IMG/VR virus record: IMGVR_UViG_3300030109_003595 | Location: 9,024 to 73,023 of that record | Strand: one strand, 5' to 3' | Origin: a virus | Taxonomy: Duplodnaviria > Caudoviricetes | Length of the DNA stretch: 64,000 nt | In this document: positions 42,690 to 51,764 of the stretch, piece after piece | Position numbering within the stretch: position 1 is the stretch's first letter | Layout of the letters: each line of letters begins with the position of its first letter | Translations under genes and position numbers: made by a program | The notes under the pieces: generated by a model | Seen by the model: only the letters and a program-made list of their open reading frames with translations | Told to the model about the DNA's origin: nothing | Database searches by the model: none

Positions 42690-44930
42690 TCAGGAATGGA
42701 ACACAGGGTCAATCGTTATGACCTTGATTGACTTAGGCATTATCTTCAGCATGCTCCTTATCGGTCCTTTGTCCTCAGGTATGGGCAGTGGTGCTTCTGT
42801 AATGAAGTAGTCATCAATTAGAATCTCTATGGTCTCTTTAGTACCACTACCGCCTTGTTTGACGAATGATAGGCGTATCATGTCAGCGTCAGTGGTGTCT
42901 GTGGTGGTGTCATCGAAGTTGTCTATGCTCCTTCTCATGTTGTGGTAGAACAGCGGGTCGTCTACTATTATCTCCATCTCCATGTCGTACTCGGTCTTGC
43001 CAGCGACGGATATGGTTGGGTTTCTAGTGCCTGCGAATGGTACTTGGTCAGTCTTTGAATCAGCGACGTTAGCACCTGTGATGGTGTAGAACTGCTGTAC
43101 TCCGGTGCTGCCGTTGAGTTGGAAACTGACGACTTGACCAAGGGTAGTACCCTTGACCCTCATAGTCCCGTTGTAGAACATGAATGGCTTCTGAGTCCTC
43201 TTGGCTATGCCGGACTCCTTCCTCTTGACCTCGGTGTTGGCCGTGTCCTCGAAGAGCCTGTGTGCGTCATACCTGTCACCTTCTTCCGAGTCTTCCAATC
43301 TACCAGTGTCGGTGTAGCATAGAGCAGCATCGAAGTTCACTGTCATTTTTAAAGCAGCATCAGTATCGGCCTTGAGCGAGAAGTCCTTCACCTTGCATCC
43401 ACGGAATACACGTGTGAGTTGCTTTGAGTCACCTGCACTACCATCCACGACCTCTGTCGCTGCTGTGCCTGCACCAAGACCTGTGTCGTTCCTCCTGATG
43501 CTGACCTCCATGGCGAAGGATGGTAGGTTGGTTCTGGAGTAGATGAGTTTCTCAACTGGATTCTGTAATGTACCGAAAGTACCAGCAGTTGAACTGGCTG
43601 TTGTGGTGAGGAGGTTCGGGCTGCCGTTAGACCCGTCAGCCATGAACCTACAGAAGTAGATGTCCATGTCTGTGTCGTGGTGGAAGTTGAAGGGGTCATC
43701 GACCCATATCTTGCTGTTGTTTATGGCGACTATCCTTCTTATCTCGGTCTTGATGGCCTTGCTTATGACGCTATCAGCGCCCTGTGCTGGCCAAGTGCCG
43801 TCGCTTGCTGTCTCCCTGTGAGTGTGCACGTCTGTGGTGTTGAACTCAGGGATTATCACATAGTCCCCTGCTGCTGGTGGCTCGTTGTCGCTCGCACCTA
43901 GTTCGCTGACGGCAGTGCCGCTGTAGGCGAAGTAGGAGTCACCGGGCGAGATATTACCGTCAGTCTCTAGGCTTGTTGAGGTACTTGTAGGGCCACACAA
44001 AGCAGATGGGCTGAAAGCGAGTGTGTCTGCTGTCGTCAACTGAACCTTAGTACCACCTTCCTCGAATCTCATTGTGCTGTCTGCTCCGCTATTGGAAACA
44101 GCAGTCAATCTACCCACGTATGTCCCGTCGCTCTTGAAGAGTGCATCACCAGCGGCGACTGTTGCAATTGCGCCGTCTAATGGAATCGCAGTAGCAGTTC
44201 CTGCTGCGATAGTGCCTTCCACTTTACCGGCTATGGCTGTGAGTGGTAGTTTGGCCACCTCGTGACCTAGCGCGTAGTAGAACCAGCGACCGTTGTGTAT
44301 GTTGCACTCGAAAGAGCCACCTGTGTTGATGAACCTGCCCGGAGTCTGTACTGCTACGTCTCGACCTAGACCGACCACGTGGTATCTCTTCAGGTCCACG
44401 ACGGTCTCAGGTAGAGCCACTGTGCCTACCAGTCCAACGAACTGGTCAGTGAGAACCCTCTCGGCAGCATCATTTGCGTGACCTGCGTGAGTCATGGATG
44501 TGTCCATGCTGGGAGTCTTGAACGGTAGTATGTGCAGAGCACCTGAGTCTGACGTTATGTCACCATCGCTGTGGTCTGTCAGTAGATGGGGGGATATGGT
44601 GAGTTCGATGTCGGATTGAGCGACAATGGTGTACACCCTGCCGGATTCGCTGTAGTTGTCATTCACATCCCAAGGACTGCCATCTAGACCGCTGAAGACG
44701 AGTTGACTGCCGACCAGCATGCCTCTTGGGAAGGCAATCTTGGCGCTTACTATCGGTGCTCCCGATGCTCCACCAGTGAACTTGATGACGCTGGTGTCCT
44801 TGATTTTGTCTCTTGCACCGGACTTGGCGATGAAGTTTACAGAGCCGAATGCATTGTGCTCTATTGTGATTCCTGACTCGTGACCGAACGTGATTTCAGT
44901 CAGGTCTCCACGATAAACTGTTGACGGCAT
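42690..44930 (-). CDS. Major tail (tube-like) protein with inserted domains (746 aa)
   Basis: Position upstream of chaperone/TMP; LPSFAMEV..R, RVFRGCKVKDFSL, PFMFYNG motifs resemble tail-tube proteins. Confidence 0.6.
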   Translation of the reverse strand: MPSTVYRGDLTEITFGHESGITIEHNAFGSVNFIAKSGARDKIKDTSVIKFTGGASGAPIVSAKIAFPRGMLVGSQLVFSGLDGSPWDVNDNYSESGRVYTIVAQSDIELTISPHLLTDHSDGDITSDSGALHILPFKTPSMDTSMTHAGHANDAAERVLTDQFVGLVGTVALPETVVDLKRYHVVGLGRDVAVQTPGRFINTGGSFECNIHNGRWFYYALGHEVAKLPLTAIAGKVEGTIAAGTATAIPLDGAIATVAAGDALFKSDGTYVGRLTAVSNSGADSTMRFEEGGTKVQLTTADTLAFSPSALCGPTSTSTSLETDGNISPGDSYFAYSGTAVSELGASDNEPPAAGDYVIIPEFNTTDVHTHRETASDGTWPAQGADSVISKAIKTEIRRIVAINNSKIWVDDPFNFHHDTDMDIYFCRFMADGSNGSPNLLTTTASSTAGTFGTLQNPVEKLIYSRTNLPSFAMEVSIRRNDTGLGAGTAATEVVDGSAGDSKQLTRVFRGCKVKDFSLKADTDAALKMTVNFDAALCYTDTGRLEDSEEGDRYDAHRLFEDTANTEVKRKESGIAKRTQKPFMFYNGTMRVKGTTLGQVVSFQLNGSTGVQQFYTITGANVADSKTDQVPFAGTRNPTISVAGKTEYDMEMEIIVDDPLFYHNMRRSIDNFDDTTTDTTDADMIRLSFVKQGGSGTKETIEILIDDYFITEAPLPIPEDKGPIRSMLKIMPKSIKVITIDPVFHS

Positions 44931-44944
44931 GGTTCTCTCTCACC

Positions 44945-45394
44945 TCATGGGATTAACTCTGCAAAGATAACAACTTCTATCTGAAAGGTCGTTCTGAACA
45001 ACATTTTGCTCCTATCGGACAAATCCGTTCTCGTTTTGAACACGAGTCTGTCGTAGTTCTCGCCGTCTCCTTTGCGCTTGGTATGGATTGCTCTTCTTAT
45101 CTCGTTCTCCATGAGTTGCAAGTGCTTTCTGCTTCTCATGGTTCTCGCATCCAATGTGATATTTATCCTAGTGGTAACGAAGTCATACAATAGTTCCGGT
45201 GTCTCTTCGTTGTGTGCTGTCTCGAAGACCATGATATAGTCGTGGTTCTTCATGTCCAGCCTCTTTCCACGCTCTGGTCCTACATCGGCTATGTCTATGA
45301 TGATAGGCTTGTAGTTGCCCGTATTACCCCTGTTCCAATTGTCTTTCAGGACAGCGAGAACAGCGTCTATGCCCTCTAGGAAGGTTGCTACCAT
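44945..45394 (-). CDS. Putative tail terminator / head-tail joining protein
   Basis: 149 aa directly upstream of the tail tube gene; alpha/beta pattern ending FRTTFQIEV. Confidence 0.5.
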   Translation of the reverse strand: MVATFLEGIDAVLAVLKDNWNRGNTGNYKPIIIDIADVGPERGKRLDMKNHDYIMVFETAHNEETPELLYDFVTTRINITLDARTMRSRKHLQLMENEIRRAIHTKRKGDGENYDRLVFKTRTDLSDRSKMLFRTTFQIEVVIFAELIP

Positions 45395-45735
45395 CAGTTC
45401 TTCACCTCGGCAATCGGTAGCAGTTTGCCACCTCTGTAGTTGAAGTTGTGCTCCCTCATCTCAGGGTTTCCCTCTGTGAGCATCCTCTCATCCACTCTCT
45501 TCATCACCTTGTCTATGATTTCCTGTGATGCTGGTAGACCTGTCTTGGTCACTGTGATTAGACCCTCGTCGTTGGTCAGACCCTCGGACATCATCTCCTC
45601 CCTCTCCTTCCTCGTTCTGAGGTTGGATGGGTTTTTTGTGAAGTAGTTTAGTAGTTCTGATTGGTTCGCTATGTTCTCAGAAAAGGTGTCCCTGATTCTA
45701 CCACGCATCTCATCTCCTGAATCGTACTTGGTCAT
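45394..45735 (-). CDS. Hypothetical neck-region protein
   Basis: Translationally coupled at both ends. Confidence 0.6.
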   Translation of the reverse strand: MTKYDSGDEMRGRIRDTFSENIANQSELLNYFTKNPSNLRTRKEREEMMSEGLTNDEGLITVTKTGLPASQEIIDKVMKRVDERMLTEGNPEMREHNFNYRGGKLLPIAEVKN

Positions 45736-47369
45736 AGGAAACTTACCACCTCTTTGTAGCGTGGAATGGTGTTTTCGATGTCCATTTTGTACATCTGTAT
45801 CTTGGATGCGAGGTCTACGTTCTGTGTTCCCTCAGGTATGAGAACGCTCCTGTCATCGCTCATGAGTAGGTCTATGGCTACCATCTTGGTGCACATGTCC
45901 TCTATCGCCTTCTCAAGATACCTCTCTCCGTAGATGTAGGATGCCTTGACTGCGTTCCACTCGAAGAACGGGTATGAGTTGTTGAAGTATATGATTCCCA
46001 TCTCAGGGTCTAGCCAGAAGTCACGTAGCCTACCACCGTCTCCAGTGCTCCCCTGTAGGTCAACATCCATTTTATGCTGAGTGATGGTGAGTCCATTCAA
46101 GTCGTCTACTGAAGAACCTACAACAGAGGAACAACCAGTGAATGTACCATGTGAAGTCACATTCCCATTAGCATCGAGTACGTTTGAGGTCTTACCAGTA
46201 TATCTGATAACCGTATCACCAACGGATAAGACACCAGAATCTACGAAATCGGATGTTGTGTTTTTTGTTGTTGCATTACCGTCACCATCGACCGTATGTA
46301 CAGTTAGTACGCTAGTCGTAGCATTATTGACAACAGCAGTATTGCTGATTGCTGCATCTATAGTCACATTGGAATTAGTGGATGCTATTGTGCACGTTTC
46401 ACCCCCCTTTATCGGTCTCATGCTGGTTATCTTTACAATACCACTGCCTAAATCGGCGTTTGCTGTAGCGAGGAACTCGTTGTTCACTGCTACGTTGGCA
46501 GTGCTTCCCTCTAATGTGAAAGCGGGTGAGAAGTCCACTCCTGCTTTCCCTACTCTATCCTCCTTGTTGATTAGGTCAGCGAGGTTCTGCGCTGTGGTTA
46601 TCTTATCGAAGTCTGCTCTCCACTGATTGGATGCAGTGCCCATAGTCAAAGTGACAGTGGATGCAGTGCTGTTTCCGGGGCATAGAACGATAGAGCCTGA
46701 TAGGGAGTTTACGCTATCGGGTATGACTATGCGTCCTTCTGCTGCACCAATCTCCCTGTAGTCATCTCCCTGCCATAGTTCAAGACGAAGTATCTGCTGC
46801 ACATTCCTGTATAGAAGAGGGGTAGTACCCACGTAATCCGTGTAGTATCTTCGCCTGTATGGTTTGTATGTGTCGAAGTTGATGTACTCGGCAGTGACTA
46901 GGTTGGGTCTCCATGAGTTGTGTGTCATGTTGTCTATCTTGTCCTGCATGCGTCTGATGATGGCATCCACCTTGTCCTTGGTCAACCCTCGTGTCCTGCC
47001 GTTGGTGAATGCTGCCTTGTTCTGCACGTAGCCGTTGTCCGTAGTCTCATAGAGACCGGGATTGATTGCTGAGGAGAATGCCAGTTTGACACCACTGGCC
47101 GTTGATGTAATTGCAGTGATGTCCCTATCTATCCCCATAGGGTCTGCATCTGAGTATAGTAGAAGAGTGTCACCGACTGAGAAACCGATGTTCCTGTAAT
47201 CTGCCCCTGTCACGAATACGGCGTTAGCCTCTGCATTGGCTGACATCAAGACTGCTTCTTGTGGTCCTATATCAAGTAGGTCTGCAACTTTCTGTGCTGT
47301 GGTGTATACAATCGCAGTGGGGTCAAGAGGCCTTGTCTCTGCCTCACCGGGACTGAACACCTGTGGCAT
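45732..47369 (-). CDS. Head-tail adaptor-like protein with insertions
   Basis: YTTAQKVADLL N-terminus, IDNMT..SW, ASYIYG...AIEDMCTKMVAIDL C-terminus resemble SPP1 gp15/gp6-like adaptors. Confidence 0.55.
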   Translation of the reverse strand: MPQVFSPGEAETRPLDPTAIVYTTAQKVADLLDIGPQEAVLMSANAEANAVFVTGADYRNIGFSVGDTLLLYSDADPMGIDRDITAITSTASGVKLAFSSAINPGLYETTDNGYVQNKAAFTNGRTRGLTKDKVDAIIRRMQDKIDNMTHNSWRPNLVTAEYINFDTYKPYRRRYYTDYVGTTPLLYRNVQQILRLELWQGDDYREIGAAEGRIVIPDSVNSLSGSIVLCPGNSTASTVTLTMGTASNQWRADFDKITTAQNLADLINKEDRVGKAGVDFSPAFTLEGSTANVAVNNEFLATANADLGSGIVKITSMRPIKGGETCTIASTNSNVTIDAAISNTAVVNNATTSVLTVHTVDGDGNATTKNTTSDFVDSGVLSVGDTVIRYTGKTSNVLDANGNVTSHGTFTGCSSVVGSSVDDLNGLTITQHKMDVDLQGSTGDGGRLRDFWLDPEMGIIYFNNSYPFFEWNAVKASYIYGERYLEKAIEDMCTKMVAIDLLMSDDRSVLIPEGTQNVDLASKIQMYKMDIENTIPRYKEVVSFL

Positions 47370-47668
47370 TACCACCGAGCCTCCTCATCTCTGTGGCCCA
47401 TGTTGTACTCCATTGGTTTCTTGCATGAACTGCACTTCTCCACGAACATGAAGTGAAGGAGACCACAATGCTTGCACCGTGTGCCCGCACCTATGTTGAG
47501 TATGTCGCTTATGTCTTCGACTCTCTTGTTCTGCTTGCTGACAGTGCCTGCCAGAGGTTTGTCGGTATTGAATACCGAGCCAGTTCCAAGAGTCTCTGCT
47601 AGTTTGACGTTCTGCTTCTGTGCACGTTCTATGTCGCTGAGTTCAAGAGTTTGTATATCGAAACCCAT
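47369..47668 (-). CDS. Zinc-ribbon protein
   Basis: CKHC...CSSC motif. Confidence 0.7.
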   Translation of the reverse strand: MGFDIQTLELSDIERAQKQNVKLAETLGTGSVFNTDKPLAGTVSKQNKRVEDISDILNIGAGTRCKHCGLLHFMFVEKCSSCKKPMEYNMGHRDEEARW

Positions 47669-47683
47669 TCATATCCCTCACCA

Positions 47684-47857
47684 TCAACTCGTTGTCACAA
47701 ATATATACACGTTACCCAGAATCGTATGCGGGTCAACTGCCACAGGTGCGTTAGAACCTATAGCAGCAACCACTGCGTTCTGCATCGTCGTCTTCGCACT
47801 ACTGCTGTTGAAGTCAGTAGGGGCGAACGGTCCAAGTATCGTAAGTGTCTTTGCCAT
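47684..47857 (-). CDS. 57-aa probable virion protein (absent from the ORF track)
   Basis: MAKTLTILGPFAPTDFNSSSAKTTMQNAVVAAIGSNAPVAVDPHTILGNVYIFVTTS; GGCGGTGA SD; fills the intergenic gap. Confidence 0.65.
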   Translation of the reverse strand: MAKTLTILGPFAPTDFNSSSAKTTMQNAVVAAIGSNAPVAVDPHTILGNVYIFVTTS

Positions 47858-47870
47858 CTAGGTCACCGCC

Positions 47871-48134
47871 TCAATTGCGGAAACCTATGCCAATGAATCT
47901 TCCGCCTAGGGATGCGCTCTCACTAAAGTGCAGGGTAGTGCCGTTTGCACCAATTGCTACCGGGTTTGCTTCCTCAGTCGGGTCGTTGTCTCCGCCTACT
48001 ACTATTACATCGCCGTAAACTAGACTAGCCAAGTGTCCTGAGAAGTCTATGCTTGTATCGCCGTCTGCAAAAGTGCCTGTCACTAACACTAGGTTTCCTA
48101 TTATCGTTGGTCTTGGGTCAAATGCTATTGCCAT
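47871..48134 (-). CDS. Small beta-rich virion protein
   Basis: 87 aa, GGAG SD, head-neck region. Confidence 0.65.
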   Translation of the reverse strand: MAIAFDPRPTIIGNLVLVTGTFADGDTSIDFSGHLASLVYGDVIVVGGDNDPTEEANPVAIGANGTTLHFSESASLGGRFIGIGFRN

Positions 48135-48138
48135 TTTC

Positions 48139-48561
48139 TTATTCCTCCATTATTGTTTCTGTTGCCGTCTCTTCGACCGCTTCCTCAACCACTTCTTCCA
48201 CAACTGGCTCTTCGGCTATCTCTTCGACAACCGGCTCAGGTGCGGGTGGGTTTAGAATTGTATCGACTTGTGCTAGTAGTTGAGTCTTGGTTTGGTAGAC
48301 CCTACCGACAGTTCCGCCGTTTGCTCTTACCCAGTCTATGATGTCGGCTCTGCGCCATCCATCATCTGGTAGACCGTCGTTACCAGCATCGGTGGTGAGG
48401 GGTTCGTCTCCCTCAAGTGCCCACCTTTCTGCTGGTAATCTGTTTCTCCACTGGTCTATCCATGCTTGGGATTTTTCCTGCGAAACCATCCTAACGAACT
48501 CAGGCCCACCATCAGGAGCAAGTCTCCTGTGGTGTGGTCCGAGAAAAGTTACGGTTGGCAA
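48139..48561 (-). CDS. Protein with HeH/SAP-like motif and acidic tail
   Basis: WRRADIIDWVRANGG...TKTQLLAQV; EEPVVEE repeats; TTG start with GAGGTGG SD. Confidence 0.6.
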   Translation of the reverse strand: MPTVTFLGPHHRRLAPDGGPEFVRMVSQEKSQAWIDQWRNRLPAERWALEGDEPLTTDAGNDGLPDDGWRRADIIDWVRANGGTVGRVYQTKTQLLAQVDTILNPPAPEPVVEEIAEEPVVEEVVEEAVEETATETIMEE

Positions 48562-48572
48562 CTGAAACCACC

Positions 48573-49049
48573 TCAGCCTACAATTAATGTTAGGTAAACG
48601 AAGTCGTTTGCGTGTCCAACGGTGAATGTTAGTTCACCAGTCTCGTGAGCGACTGCTGTCACTTGTGCTGCAAGAGACTCGTCACTGTCGGTCTCGTTGG
48701 TGTAGTTCATTAGGGCGTAGATTCTGCTGAAGTCGCCGTTGTATGCGTTCACTGCGAACTTAGCCGTGGTTGCCGTTGCTCTGCATCTTACGGAAATCAT
48801 CCTCAATCCTGAGACTGGTACGTTAGTCCCGGCAGTGTTCGTTGCTCCGAAAGCATCCAGAGTACCGGGGTATCCTGATGTTCCTGCAACGAATGCTGCT
48901 CCACCTGCGCTTTGCCACGCGGTGTTGTCTGCTAGTCCTGCGCCGTCAACTTCAGGAGAGCCTACTGCTCCACCTGAGTTTCCACCCATAGGTATGTCTA
49001 GGTACGTCGTTATTGTGTCTATTGCTGTGTGTGCTGTTACTGTTGCCAT
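48573..49049 (-). CDS. Probable capsid decoration/minor capsid protein
   Basis: Ala/Gly/Thr-rich, immediately downstream of MCP, AGGTGA SD. Confidence 0.55.
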   Translation of the reverse strand: MATVTAHTAIDTITTYLDIPMGGNSGGAVGSPEVDGAGLADNTAWQSAGGAAFVAGTSGYPGTLDAFGATNTAGTNVPVSGLRMISVRCRATATTAKFAVNAYNGDFSRIYALMNYTNETDSDESLAAQVTAVAHETGELTFTVGHANDFVYLTLIVG

Positions 49050-49083
49050 TTTTTCACCTTCTTATCTCCATTTATCTCCAGAC

Positions 49084-50226
49084 TCACTTAAGGTCTCTGA
49101 TGCTCCCTTGTCCTCCGAAGAAAGTGGTCCAAAGTTCTCCCATGGTCCTGTACATTCCCTCTTGTCCTAGTCTGTTGATTGCGAATGGGTCACCAGTCTC
49201 AATTCCACTCTCATAGTATTGTGTTGGTATCGCCGTACTGAAGTACATGTAATCAGTGTCTAGGAAGTACATCCTGCTGATTGTATCTGATGCTACGTCT
49301 TTGGAAGGAATGATTGGGACTCCGTTGTAGGTTGCTACTACGAATCCGGCTTCCATTCCGGGTACACCCTTGACACCGTTGTAGGTTGGGGTGACTCTCT
49401 TCTCTTCCATGAATCTCTGTTGGGACTGTAGCAGTTGCTGTAGTCTCATTAGAGTGTCGTATCCAGTTAGAATGACCTTGGGGTTTCCACCACGTACCCA
49501 GATTTTCTGGAATAGGTCGTCTAGTTGGTCTAGGCTTAGAACCCTGTCAGTTGCGCTGGTGTGAGCGTTAGCCTCAGCATATCCCCAGCCGTTGGTAGTT
49601 GCGCTTCTGTCGATGGAGTAGATGTCCTCATCGTGGTCATCGTAGTGAGTACCGCCAGCGGTCATCACGCTCGTGTCACCGATAGTCACTCTGTCGAGAG
49701 ACTCGAAGTTGTTGCCAGCCCTAGATGATACGTCTGCTAGAAGCATCTTGTTAGTCATCTCTGCGTGGTGCTTGCCCATCTCTTCTTTCAGGACTGAGCG
49801 TATGTCGCCCATTCCGTCATCCTTGTCAGCAAGGAAGATAGCAGTCTCGGACATGTCGAACGTGTGAACGACTGTCTTTGGCTTTGCAGCCACGTGCTCG
49901 AACTTTGGCTTCACTGTGTCTGGTAGTGCTGCGTTCTCTGCAACTCCGCCGTGTATTGCACCTGAGTTAGGCTTGTCAGTTAGAACTCTCCATCCTGACC
50001 TGTCCCAAGGTCTCTTCGGTAGTATGCTGAATGCGTTGAACTCTTGGTTCATCTGCGACCATACTTTGCGTCCGTAGATTGCATTGTATGTTCCAGCGGT
50101 TGAAGAGAGCATTGGTGCATCTGCTTTCAATAGTTCACTACCGGAGTAGGAGTAACCCATTGAGTTACCTGCTCCATAGTAGTATCTTTCCATATCTGTT
50201 ATTGTTCTTACGTAGTTTCTTGCCAT
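49084..50226 (-). CDS. Major capsid protein (HK97-fold)
   Basis: 380 aa after the prohead protease; GVAEN..LP E-loop region, backbone helix KEEMGKHHAEMTNKMLL, TYNGVPIIPS..V...MYFLD. Confidence 0.9.
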   Translation of the reverse strand: MARNYVRTITDMERYYYGAGNSMGYSYSGSELLKADAPMLSSTAGTYNAIYGRKVWSQMNQEFNAFSILPKRPWDRSGWRVLTDKPNSGAIHGGVAENAALPDTVKPKFEHVAAKPKTVVHTFDMSETAIFLADKDDGMGDIRSVLKEEMGKHHAEMTNKMLLADVSSRAGNNFESLDRVTIGDTSVMTAGGTHYDDHDEDIYSIDRSATTNGWGYAEANAHTSATDRVLSLDQLDDLFQKIWVRGGNPKVILTGYDTLMRLQQLLQSQQRFMEEKRVTPTYNGVKGVPGMEAGFVVATYNGVPIIPSKDVASDTISRMYFLDTDYMYFSTAIPTQYYESGIETGDPFAINRLGQEGMYRTMGELWTTFFGGQGSIRDLK

Positions 50227-50228
50227 TC

Positions 50229-51635
50229 TTAATCACTCCTGAAGGTGCTGTTTGCGAGGTTATGTACCTCTTCCCAACTCATTGTTGCGAGTTCCTCAGT
50301 CGAAGGGATTTCGACGGTTGGAAGGGATGCTTCTGATTTTGCGATAGTAGAACCGGACTCAACTGAGCCGATGCTGTCGATGCGCTCTGATAGAGAGGCT
50401 AGGGACTTCTCGATAGCGGCTAGTGGGCTGCGAGCATCGAATGCTGCTGCTTCTGCCTTTGCTATTTCCTGTTGTCTCTCGGAAGCGAAGCGACTGGAGA
50501 AGTGGTTCTCTAGGCTTCCCTTGAACTCCTGCTCTAGTGCTGCTGCTTTGTAGACCTCGTATGCTGCCTCGATATCTGAGTCAGACACTCTGTCTGCTGT
50601 TAGGAAGTCAGACTTCTCTAGTGTGGATTTCTTGCCTTTTCCACCAGAGCCAAAGTTGGCCTTGGGTACTTCTGGCTTTCCGTCTACGGTTTCCCTCTTT
50701 GGTGCTTGTCCACCAAACCTTACTGCTCCGTCTCCAATTTCTTCTGGGGTAGAACCAAGGTTTGCCTTGTTGACATCATCGAAGTGTGTTCGTGCGGCAA
50801 CTGTGTCCACACCTGCACTCTTCAGAGTGTCTTCCATCCAATTCAGGTACTCAGAGGAGATAACGTCAGAGTATTGTGATTTTTCGACATCTTCGTCTTT
50901 TTCATCATCTTTCATGGCTTCTTTCTTGTCACCATACAATTTCTCTTGGTCGTCTTTCTCATCGCCGTCGTCGTCGTTCTTCTTGCCTTGCATATGTTCT
51001 TTCAAGCCCGGTGGCATTTCCCCTTTCTCCATAGAGTCGAGACGGCCTTCCAGACGTGACAGTACATCTGTCATTTGCGTCATTACATCGTTTTCTGTTT
51101 CTGTCATTTTTTTCACCTTATTTTTATCTTCTTTTAATATCCTAAATGTTGCTTCTGGATTGATTCCTTTCTCACAAATTGTGATTTCGTGTAGTTCAAG
51201 TTTGCTGATTTCTTGGTAGTCTCCATGTACTGGGTCTGATTTTCTGACTCGTTTGAATGCCTGTCCTCCGATACTAAAGCCTCTTAATGCTCCTTTTCGT
51301 ATCTCGGCAGCGACTTCCTTTGCTTTTTCGATGTCGTCTCGTAATTCTACAACTACAAACATTCCGACATCATCAACTTCGCTTTTCCACAACCTCCCTT
51401 CACTATCTGTATAATTAGGAATTACTTCACCCACTTGAATGTTAGAATGCGCTAATTGCACGTTTCTGTATCTGTGGTCCTCCATGTATTTCTTGAATGC
51501 GCCTTTCAATGCTTCTTTCGTAATTTTGTCTCCTTGCTTGTCAACTACTTCTACGCTAGCATACCCGGCAACAACGAGGTCTCCACCCTTGATGAGTGTA
51601 ATTCCAGACTGAGGTTGTCGCAATGGGGATAGCAC
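50229..51635 (-). CDS. Prohead protease fused to scaffold
   Basis: VAGYASVEVVDKQGD, LAH, LRGFSIGG, LHEITICEKGINPEA protease motifs; coiled-coil/acidic C-terminal scaffold. Confidence 0.9.
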   Translation of the reverse strand: MLSPLRQPQSGITLIKGGDLVVAGYASVEVVDKQGDKITKEALKGAFKKYMEDHRYRNVQLAHSNIQVGEVIPNYTDSEGRLWKSEVDDVGMFVVVELRDDIEKAKEVAAEIRKGALRGFSIGGQAFKRVRKSDPVHGDYQEISKLELHEITICEKGINPEATFRILKEDKNKVKKMTETENDVMTQMTDVLSRLEGRLDSMEKGEMPPGLKEHMQGKKNDDDGDEKDDQEKLYGDKKEAMKDDEKDEDVEKSQYSDVISSEYLNWMEDTLKSAGVDTVAARTHFDDVNKANLGSTPEEIGDGAVRFGGQAPKRETVDGKPEVPKANFGSGGKGKKSTLEKSDFLTADRVSDSDIEAAYEVYKAAALEQEFKGSLENHFSSRFASERQQEIAKAEAAAFDARSPLAAIEKSLASLSERIDSIGSVESGSTIAKSEASLPTVEIPSTEELATMSWEEVHNLANSTFRSD

Positions 51636-51666
51636 ACTGACCCAGAGTTACTGTGTCATACTACTT

Positions 51667-51764
51667 ATATGAAGCGGCAACAAACTAAACTGTTGTTACT
51701 TCTTTATCTGGGCCTGAATCTTCGTTTTTGATACCCTTACCCCTCTTTTGTTGCCGCTTCATAT
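51667..51764. repeat. Perfect 18-bp inverted repeat with 62-nt spacer
   Basis: ATATGAAGCGGCAACAAA (51667-51684) and TTTGTTGCCGCTTCATAT (51747-51764). Confidence 0.9.
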
